Positions 1 to 10,300 of a DNA stretch of 55,552 nucleotides are shown here, one piece after another. Made by a program: the position numbers and the translations under genes. A model generated the notes under the pieces. The model ran no database searches and was not told the DNA's origin. It was given only the letters and a program-made list of their open reading frames with translations. Origin of the DNA: Nemertoderma westbladi (lineage: Eukaryota; Animalia; Xenacoelomorpha); NCBI GenBank assembly GCA_032718475.1, contig JAUCBJ010008888.1, forward strand, positions 1 through 55,552, given 5' to 3'. The first letter of the stretch is position 1; each line of letters starts with the position of its first letter.

Positions 1-3000
1 GGGACAATATCTCCATTGATCTAAATTGGAGCTAATATCGTCATTATCTGAGGAGTATGGTGTTCCCTCAGTTGGGTCGTCTCCCTCACTAGTATCATCT
101 TCCCATTTACTCCGCTGGCAGACGCGATCTTGAAGCAGTCTTTCTCTGAGCGTTCTACGGGAAGGTCCAGTAAGGTACCAACCTACTCTAGTTCTTACCG
201 CATAGGGCTGAAGTGGTTGCGGTTGAGCAGGCTCGTTTCTCTAATGTCTCCAGCGCCTCATGCGCGTTTTGGCCGATGAGTATTTGCACTCCAGGATAAT
301 CAGTCTGGAATCGAGGTATGTTCAGATGTTGGATGCTCTCATCCTCGTCCCAATCATAAAGGTCTGCTTGAGTAGTAGCGAAGTTCTTTATAGCCACCAT
401 TTTCACTGACCTTATGCTGTGTTCTCCTAGTTCGTCTTGTGGGGTGGACAACGCGCCTACATAATAATCAGCTGTTATTGTAGATTTCCAAACTTGCATT
501 ATGCCAGACATGTTGAGCTTAGTTTGGAACTTGGGTTGTCCAGCAAATATATCTTCGGCTAACTCTTTATCGATGAATGTTCCTGTGCTGCCGGAGTCCA
601 GGAGGGCGTTCACTACATAACTCCTCTTAGGTCCGTGAACCCTTACTTGCACCACAGGAAACTCTCGGATCCCTACATTGGAGGATGTCTCTTTCCAAGG
701 TGGTTGTCGTTCAGAAGTAGTTAGAGTAAAGTCGTTCTCTGTATCTTTCTCATATGTTAGTGCTCGATACACTGCGGTATTTATCATGTAACAGGATTCG
801 TTTTCGTCAGAGAACTCGTCTGTATAGAATCCTTCCATCTCAGATTGATCAGTGTCGTTCACATCACTGAATTGGACATGTAACTCGGAATCACTTACCT
901 GATTCGGACTATTTCGATCGAATTCAGCGTGCAACAAGGTATGATGTTTCGCACCACACTTTGCACACCTTATGTCTGAGAAACAGGTTCGTCGTTGGTG
1001 TCCTTGTCTGAGGCAATTATAACATAACCGCTTATCCCACATAACTTCGCGTCTCTCCGTTAATGATTTCTTTAGAAATTCATCACACCTATTCAAATAG
1101 TGGGTCCCGTCACACAGCGCACATTTTGGTTTGATGTTACTTACCTTATTCTGAGTCACATTGTGTACACTTGCCTTTTCTTCGGGTTTTCTCACCTGAA
1201 TTCTCTTGGGAGACGTGGGAGGAGTTTTTCTTACTTGTTCTCTCCTGTCATTTGTTCGAGACTTGAATTTACTTACCTGGTCTTTAGGCATTTTATTCAC
1301 GTAATAAGATCTATCCGTGTCTTTCCCGCTATCTTCTCCTTGAGAAGTCTGGCTTTCGCCGTCATCGGTATAACATACTGGTGTTACCTTTCTCCTAGAG
1401 ACGGGTTTTTCACTTACCTTGTTTTCCGGTGTCTTCTCTCGGGACTGCTTGAGGAGTTGCAATTTCACTTCTCCATCCAAGAATGACATGAGATCAGCCA
1501 TGGTAGGGTCTCGTCGTTGTTGTTCCATCATATAAAGTACTTTCTTATCCCAGCGTGTGCCTACCCCACCTTTCGGTAAAGTAGAAGCCACAGCTCCAAT
1601 GACCATAGAACTTTGGTATTCATGAGACTTACCTAACCAATCTAATTGTCTACAGATCTCTTGAATCTCATCGGAAAACTCTATTATCCCACTGCTGATG
1701 AACTTTCTGGGCGCTACTAATTTTGCATATAAATACTTAGCGATATTATTCCTATTACCATACCTGATGTTTAGCGTGTCCCAAACTTGTCTTAATCCGT
1801 CTGGATGTCCAATAAACTTTAACGCCATTAACTTGGGAGATCCTTCCAAGCACTCGATGAGGTATCTAAGTTTTTCTCCATTAGATAGTACAGAGTTCTG
1901 TATGTTATCTTTGTAATATTCATTAAAAGGTAACCATTTCATCTCATCTCCATTGAACTTGACGATCTCTCCAACCTTTACCGCTTGCCGGGCTTCGGTT
2001 CTAGCCATTTGACGCGTAAAACTTTCTTGGGCCATCGTGCTATTTAATATCGAGTTATCGGTATATAAATTTCTCGGATTATGATCAGGTCTATAGGGAA
2101 TATCATTATCAACAGGTCTATAATTACCCTTAATAGGGTTCACTATAGGAGTTTCTACTTCGCTAGCAGTATATATGCGTGTAGGCTCCACACCTTGCGC
2201 ATGCAGATACTTCAGACCTAACAGGTTGACACATTGTTACAGAGGGTGGTGGTATACCCTTTTGGGTATTTACTAATTTATCGCGTTCAAGCGCGATACT
2301 TTGCTGCACTTCTTGCAACTCTAGCCTACTTTCCCTTACTGTGCCCTTGAATTGCTGGACAGTCTCCTGCATCTGCCCGAGCAGGATATCCATCCCCCGC
2401 CGTCTCTCGTCCACCCATTCGACCGCCGAAGCGGGAGTCCGCCAACGTTGTAGCGGGCGGACGAGGGACAACGGGCGACAAATTGTGAATATTTCGCTCG
2501 GGGTCCAGGACCTGAACTGTCTCCTGGGCAGTTCTGCGGGGCACAGGTAGCTTAGTGCTATGCAGAGGGAATTTAGAGGTAGTTTCAGGGAGCACAGGTG
2601 TGTCTATCACCGAAGGGGTGATTTCAAGAACAGGCCTAATTATTTCAGGCTCATCTACTATAGTAGGGAGTCTTTCTATTTTAATTATTTGGTCTGTGGG
2701 CTCTGTACTACCTACTTTGGTGTTATTTAGTTGCCTTCTAACAGCTGGAGGCAAATCAGGCAATTTCTGCCGGTGGAATGTTCTTTTACGTCTGCTTAGG
2801 CGAGATCGATTTCCTCCGCCTTCGGTGTCGGTGGTATCGCCTTCCTCAGATGATGTATACCCCTGTCTCTTGGGAGTAGATCGACTCATCATCTGCATAT
2901 TGCTCGCTGTTAACTGTTTATTGAAGTTGTCTTGCCTCTCTTGAAGATTTTCCAACTCTAGTTGGGTTGCCTCTTCAGATGCCCTCCGTTCTGCTTCTGC

Positions 3001-3480
3001 CACTGCCTCTGCCGCCTTTCTTTCCGCTTCGGCCGCTGCCATTGCCGCCTTTCTTTCTGCTTCTGCCGCTTTTGCCTCTGCCGCTGCCTCTGCCGCTGCC
3101 GCTTTTGCCTCTGCTGCTGCCTCTGCTGCTGCCAATTTTCTTTCTGCTTCTGCAGCTACCACTGCTGCTTTCTTTCTGTCTTCTATACGTTTTTTCTTTA
3201 CTTGTTCTTCCCTTTCTCTAGCGATGCGGAGTTGTTCATCGAATTTAGCTTGGTTCGCCGCTAACCTATCCACATCAATCGCATCTAACACGAGTTTGGC
3301 TCCTTCGCTATTAGGGCTAAGTCCCTCTAGCCTTCTCCTCAACTCTTCATCTCCCACAAAACGCTGATAGTCTGACAGATAGATATCAATGGCATCCCTC
3401 TTATGCGGTTTCTCTGCTGTCACTTCACTCTCGGTTGTATCTAGTAGACTGTCTGACAGGTTCGGCTTTGCGTCAGACAT
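1..3480 (-). pseudogene. gag-protease part of element A, frameshifted
   Basis: ORFs 2326..3480, 2163..2471 and 188..2191 tile the element B Gag-PR protein, with frameshifts near 2440, 2205 and 235. These could be decay or sequencing indels. Confidence 0.88.
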
Positions 3481-3568
3481 GCTTATGTGTACAGTTGAAT
3501 GTCTACTGCCGTATTACAGTCTGAGCAAGTCTAGTAACTCAGTATTAACTGCTAGCCTAGTAATTAAT

Positions 3569-3851
3569 TACCGGTACTGCTACTCAGTGTAGCGTGATAT
3601 ATATAATATATTAGAATACCGGTATGCTTATAGTATATATAACTATTATTACAGACTAGGTTTATCACAGAATACCGGTATAATTTTAGCACAAATATAT
3701 ATAAATATATAATAGGCCTATCTGAATACCGGTATACAGCTTACAGTTTGTAGGATATATAATTCTGAAATAGAATTAATTACAAGTACCGGTATAATTT
3801 CAGCCTAGATTTATAGAAATAAAGATAATAGGCCTATCGTAAATACCGGTA
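3569..3851. repeat. Array of six palindromic TACCGGTA motifs in the element A leader
   Basis: TACCGGTA at 3569, 3617, 3673, 3727, 3787 and 3844, with AT-rich spacers. Confidence 0.85.
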
Positions 3852-4819
3852 TATCAATTATTTCAAATAATTGAATTTCTGTTACTTTAGGGTTACTTTG
3901 TTACTTTACTTACTTTATTACCGTTATTTGAGCAGTAATCCAACTGATATTGGGACCTAATGGTTGTATGGTAGGCCTACTATTTATAAATCGTTAGATT
4001 TGATTTATAATATATATATACCCGTTTTAATGGGTTTTGTCAATGTTTGAAATAAATGTTATTATTTCTGGGGGTAATCACTACACAAAGCGGTGCGCTT
4101 TCAATGAAGTGTTACTTATGAGACACTAAAACAAATAATACTAATTTACCTAAGTTACTTAATACTACAAATTACGTACAATTCGGGTGAGATTACAATC
4201 TCTAAATAAACACAAAATTTACAAAAAAACACAAAATACGAATTTTTAGGGTAATTTTACAAGAAGTCTACAAACCAGCCTAACAAAGGGTTAGAAAACC
4301 GGTTATTACACGGACAGGGTACTACGGTATTTGAAATAATAAGTAGTAGTAAATACACTGCGTTGTCTAGATAGGAAAATGCCACCGCCTGACGACCTAT
4401 AGCCGTATCGCTATAGGTTCTACGTTATGTATCACGGAGTGTTTCTACCTAGAAGTTAATAGAGCTAATCGAATGTGCCTATCAACCACTTTACAACACA
4501 AATATAATGTCTACACTAATTACTTCCGGAAAGCACTGTACACTAAACCCTAAATTAGGTACGAGTACTTGTACGACAGATAATCAGTAATTAAATATAC
4601 TTGAACAGCTAAAAGAACCACGGCATCTGCTGGAGTGACCGATGCACAAAATCACCAGTCTTTACCTACGCCGAGCAGCCCGTGTAGTACCGGGGTTAAT
4701 TTAACTATAGCGGTATGTATAACAAACACAATTACTGTAGGAACAAACTTGGGGACTTGAATGTTGCGAATAATCGCATAAACTCTGAATAATAAATATT
4801 ACGCTACGCGTACAAACTA

Positions 4820-5360
4820 CTCAAACAAAATACAGACCGAACACTGACAGACTACTATCAAGCCTAAACAAACTACGGTATATGCAGACTCCGAAATGAT
4901 TAGGGAGTATGCGCTCTAACCCAGTAGTGCGACTTATTCTTTAGTTGGGGGTTTACCTTACAGCGTTCGCTGCCCCTACTGCCTAATCGTACTTAATCGG
5001 ACAGATGATCTACACACGCGGCAATCCGTTCAGACCTAATAACAGCCAGACAACTATCCAGCCTACAAATTATTTAAATAAAATTATACGCTACCCGTAC
5101 AGACTTACACAAACAAAGTACAGACTAAACGATGGCAGACTACTCTCAAGCCTAAATAAACTACAGGACATGCAGACTCCGAAATGATTAGGGAGTATGC
5201 GCTCTAACCCAGTAGTGCGACTTATTCTTTAGTTGGGGGTTTACCTTACAGCGTTGCTGCCCCTACTTCCTAACCGTACTTAATCGGACAAGTGCTCTAC
5301 ACACACTGCAATTCGTTCGGACTTAACAGCAATCAGACAACAGCTCAGCCTACAAATTGT
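4820..5360 (-). repeat. Tandem duplication (288-bp period) in the element A leader with an identical 86-nt core
   Basis: 4882-4967 and 5170-5255 are identical; the flanking parts of the two copies are diverged. Confidence 0.9.
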
Positions 5361-5640
5361 CTGTACAATCTGATCAGGTTTACACGCCTTCTGTTCAATA
5401 CTGGCCTACAAACAAATAAAACTGACAGAAATAGGCCTAAGTAAAATCCCAATAAAAACCAGGCGTCCCCGATTAATTATTAAGACCTACCGGCATATAT
5501 AATCAAATCGAATAATACTGCTGTACTTATACGGAAGTAGGTACCGGTCCGGATGATCAGGCAATCAGGCCTACTGGTTACCGGTCGACCGGTACTTTCG
5601 ACTTTATTGCTTACTGCAATAAAGAAGCTATATCCTTTAA

Positions 5641-6936
5641 TGTTCGCGCTTTCAGACCTTTGGCAGTTTAACCCGCCAAATTAGAATGTCTTCTAGATAA
5701 TAAATCGCTTTTTAGTCTATGACAAGTATTTGATTCACTACACTAGTCGAAACCAATCCGTGCGCGACCATTCACCCGCTGGATATTCCCGGGAGATTGG
5801 GTTCGACGGTTTAATTTTTATTGCTATGTAAGCCTAATGTATTATTCGACTGACAGTACTATATAATCTCTGACAATATTATTCACCTTCGGTAATATTA
5901 ACAGTTCCTTTAGGACGTGGCGCTTTATCTACATAAACAGAGTTATGACTTAAACTACTCACAACGATATGGCTTAATTATAATCCACATATATGACGCA
6001 TTCTTTAGGAATTGCTTCTTTAACAGACTCACTCATACACTATGCTGCACAATACTGCACACTAATCTGCCAATCTTCAATGATTTTAGTCACATATAAA
6101 AGGAACACAGGCTGACTCATGTAGGGTCTATCAAATAACATTAGATTCACTTCAAACCACTTTAACATAAGTCACAATCGTTATTGGTAACCTTTCTCTC
6201 TTACCTTAGGTATATCAAGAATATTGGGTTGCGGGGTTATTTATCGTTATTCAGTTAGGTACAATGGCCAAATCTGGCAACCTCAAAAGTTGCCACATAT
6301 GGCAATGTTTATTGCCAAATCTAACTGTTATTCCAAATATAATTATTCATCAACCATATTATGAAGAACTGACAGCAAATAGCAGTATAAAACAACAAGT
6401 CAGTACCGGTATGTCAGCAATGAGATATAGGCATGAGATATTCAAGTAGTCAGTTTGTTAAAGGATATATGCCCTTTATAATTAAACCTACTAGTGTACG
6501 ACTAAAAAGCAGTACAGCACAAAATACTTCCAAGCCGTTCTTTCTTTGGCTCAAGACTGAATGTAAACACTGCACATAGGCATTGCGTCATTTCTCGGAA
6601 ATTTTCTGTACAAGGAGCCACAAAAACGCTCTCATTGGCTGACTGAACTGAGAGACGCCGTAGAACAAAGGAAATCAACACGTATGAATGTCAGCTGTTA
6701 ACTGTAGTCATAGTAACTACTGTTCAAGAGTAGCTATCACCCTTTTGCGTCACGAATTGCCATAGAATCATAAAATATGCCTTTCACAGTACACATACGG
6801 AGGAAATAGGTCTTAGATCCTCTAAAAACACCGATACAGCAATAATACGGTCTCTTACACTTATTAAATCAACTACAGAGTATTTTAATGTAAAAGATAA
6901 TAAAAATAACGGGGCAATTCAGCAAAGGCTTTTACA
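5641..6936 (-). repeat. 5' LTR of element A (1296 bp)
   Basis: Minus strand begins TGTAAAAGCC and ends GCGCGAACA, matching the TG...CA ends of the other two LTRs. A CCAAT box is shared by all three LTRs. Confidence 0.93.
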
Positions 6937-6972
6937 TATTCAGAAATTCAATTATTATAAAAATAATTGACA

Positions 6973-7244
6973 TACCGGTATTTACCATAGGCTTATTATA
7001 TTTATTCTATAAATTCGAGCTGAAATCATACCGGTATTCTGTAATAATTCTAGTTCATAATTATACTTATATATACTATAAGTGTAAGCTGTATACCGGT
7101 ATTCACGATAGGCCTATTATATATTTATATATATTTGTGCTAAAATTATATACCGGTACTCTGTGACAAACCTAGTTTACAATACTTATATATATATTAT
7201 AAGTGCATACCGGTATTCTAATATACTGCAATAAATTACCGGTA
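6973..7244. repeat. Array of six TACCGGTA motifs in the element B leader
   Basis: Motifs at 6973, 7029, 7094, 7151, 7208 and 7237. Confidence 0.85.
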
Positions 7245-7324
7245 CTAGGCCAACGGTCATACTGAATTACTAGACTTGCTTTAACTGTAACTATAGCAGT
7301 AGGCATTCAACTGTATAGCTAAAC

Positions 7325-10300
7325 ATGTCTGACACTCAGCAAAACCTGTCAGACAGTCTAATCGATACAACCATCTGTGACACAGATAGGAGTATGGAGC
7401 GTTTAAGAAAGGAGTTCAGCTCACCTCCTACTGAAAGAAAAGTCATCCCTCCAGTAGTGATATCGGACCCTAAGCTAATCCAACACCGTAGGTCCATCAT
7501 CGGCACTCGGGCCCAAGTCAAACGGAACCAGGAAGCAGCTGTCCCACAACAGCAACAGCCTAGTCCAGAAATTTGTTCCCAGCGATCCGATAGCTCCAGT
7601 AGTTCGGATAATGTCGAACTGACCCCCGAACGCGGATTGCAGATGACGGCTAAAGCATACTCGGACCCCCTTCTCACCCTTCCTGCCGCAGTGCTAACAA
7701 CTATATTGATTGCTGTGGAGGAACATCAAGCAGATTGGGCGAGAAATAAGCGAGCGACCCAAGATAATTATGCGGGATACGCCAGGGAAGAATTGATGTC
7801 GATTGTCGAGTCACAATGGAACTTTCCCGGACCCGGACTCCCGTTAGATCTGTCCGAGGCTACTTGGGAAGATATACACAGGATGGGAGTGGCTAAAGAT
7901 ACGATGGATCCAGCTGTTTGGAAGAGGTCGGCAGCAGGATATGTGCAGGGATTCTTCGGCTCCTTAGAGAGATTAGAAGAACAACTGTTTCGACAACCCC
8001 AAGGACCTCAAGAGCAGGAAGAACTGCTATATCAAGTACGCGAAAGAACCCTACGCATTCGACTAATCCTATCAGCCTTTGAGGAAACTTCCAAAAGAAG
8101 ACAGGACACGTCACTGCAGGTTGCTGTCAAAACTTGGTTCCAGCGGGTAGGTCTCCAAATCCAAGAAACAGACCAGTGGAAATCCCAGCTGTCTGAGAGA
8201 CTAACTTATGAAGAACCAACCGATGCCACCCTTTCTCAAGTAGAAGGCGAAGAGACCTCAGAGAAACCACGAACGAGAGACGCCATAGACATTTATCTGT
8301 CCGACTATCAGCGATTCCTAGGAGACGAAGAGTTGAGGAGACGGCTGTCTTGACTTTCCCCCAATAGTGAAGGAACCCAGCGTGTGTTAGATTCAATCGA
8401 TGCTGAAATGTTAGCTGCTAACCAAGCAGAATTTGATGAAAAACTCCGCCTCGCTAGAGTCCAAGAAGAAAAGGTAAAGAAAAGACGGATAGAGGAACAA
8501 AAGGCGGCGGCTACGGCAGAAGCAGAAGCAGAAAGAAAAGCAGCGGCGGCAGAAGCAGAAGCAGAAAGAAAAGCAGCGGCGGCAGAAGTAGAAGCAGAAA
8601 GAAGGGCAGCAGCGGCAGAAGCAGAAGCAAAAAGAAAGGCAGCGGCGGCAGAAGCAAAGGCGGAAAGGGCAGTGGCAGAAGCAGAACGGAGAGCGTCTGA
8701 GCAGACTACCCAACTGGAGTTGGAAAATCTGCAAGAGACGCAAGACAACATAAATAAGCAGTTAACTGCTAGTCACATGCAGATGATGAGAAAATCTACT
8801 CCCAAACGCCAGGGATACACATCATCGGAAGAAAGTGAAACCACCGATCCTGAAGGCGGAGGAAATAGATCTCGTCTAAGCAGGCGTAGAAAAACATCTC
8901 ATCGTCACAAATTGCCTGATTTGCCCCCAGCTGTTAGAAGACAACTAGCTAGCACAGACTTAGCGAGTACGGAACCCACATACCAAACTATTCAGGTCAA
9001 AAGACTCCCTACAATAGTTGATGAGCCTGAAATAATTAGGCCTGTCGTTCCCAAAGTCACACCTGTGCTAGAGACCCCTGTACTTCCAGAGCTTAACTCT
9101 AAGTTCCCTTTACACAGTACTACACTGCCTGTACCCGGTAGAACAGTCCATGAGAATATTCCTGTCCTGGAAGCTGAGAGAGAAATCAAAGATTTGTCTC
9201 CCGTCGTCCCACGTCAGCCCGCTACAATGTTGGCGACTCCCGCTTCGGCGGTTGAGTGGGTAGAGGAGGGACGGCGGGGGATGAATCTCCTGCTCGGACA
9301 GATGCAGGAGACTGTCCACCAGCTTAAGGGAACAGTGAGGGAAGGTAGAGCAGAGTTGCAAGAAGTGCAGCAAAGTATCGCGCTAGAACGCGACAAATTA
9401 GTCAATATACAAAAGGGAATACCAATACCCCCTGTAACATTGTGTCAACCTGTTAGGTCTGAAGTATTACATGCGCAAGGTGTGGAGCCTACACGCATCT
9501 ATACTGCTAGTGAAGTTGAAACTCCTATAGCAAACCCTATTAAGGGTGATTATAGACCTGTTATTAATGATATTCCCTATAGACCTGATAATGATCCGAG
9601 AAATTTATATACCGATAATTCGATATTAAATAACACGATGGCCCAAGAAAGCTTTACGCGTCAGATGGCTAGAACAGAAGCCCGCCAAGCGGTCAAAGTG
9701 GGAGAGATCGTCAAATTCAATGGAGATGAGATGAAATGGTTACCTTTCAACGAATATTACAAAGACAGCATACAGAACTCTGTGCTATCTAACGGAGAGA
9801 AACTTAGGTTCCTCATCAAGTGCTTGGAAGGACCTCCCAAGTTAATGGCGTTAAAGTTTATTGGACATCCAGAAGGATTAAGACAAGTATGGGATACATT
9901 AAACATCAGGTATGGTAACAAGGATAACATAGCTAAGTATTTGTATGCAAAATTAGTAGCCCCCCGACACTTCCTTAGTAGCGGGATTATAGAGTTTTCC
10001 GATGAAATTCAGGAGATCTGTAGACAATTGGACTGGTTAGGTAAGTCTCATGAATATCAGAGTTCAATGGTTATTGGAGCCGTAGTCTCTACTTTACCAA
10101 AGGGTGGAGTATGTACTCGCTGGGACAAGAAAGTGTTGTACATGAATGAACAACAACGACGAAGTCCTACCATGGCTGATCTCATGTCCTTCTTAGATGG
10201 TGAGGTAAAACTACAACTCATCAAGCAGTCCAGAGAGAAAACATCGGAAAATAAGGTAAGTGAGAAACCCGCTTCTAGGAGAAGAATAACACCGGTGTGT

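Larger units (their letters stand above)
1..6936 (-). mobile_element. BEL/Pao LTR retrotransposon, element A (5' LTR, long leader, gag-protease; continues beyond the left window edge)
   Basis: LTR at 5641-6936 is homologous to the LTRs at 21389-22685 and 39830-41019. Minus-strand ORFs carry the BEL/Pao triple zinc knuckle (CALCDGTHYLNRC, CYNCLRQGHQRRTC, CAKCGAKHHTLLH) and aspartic protease LLDSGS, and are closely similar to element B. Confidence 0.93.

Noticed and set aside
2962-3264. Cys-rich or Leu/Pro-rich small proteins (also 8411..8743)
   Set aside because: Antisense shadows of the AEAEAERKAAA gag repeat.
5627-5640. PBS-position sequence as a mitochondrial tRNA-Leu match
   Set aside because: The resemblance to TTAAAGGATA is same-sense and to a tRNA 5' end, so it could not serve as a primer-binding site.
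3569-7244. TACCGGTA arrays as CRISPR-like repeat-spacer loci
   Set aside because: Repeats are only 8 bp and the spacers are related to each other, i.e. a degenerate tandem repeat in a retrotransposon leader.
8351-8353. Stop-codon readthrough in gag
   Set aside because: Element A has Gly at this position, so a GGA-to-TGA nonsense mutation is simpler.
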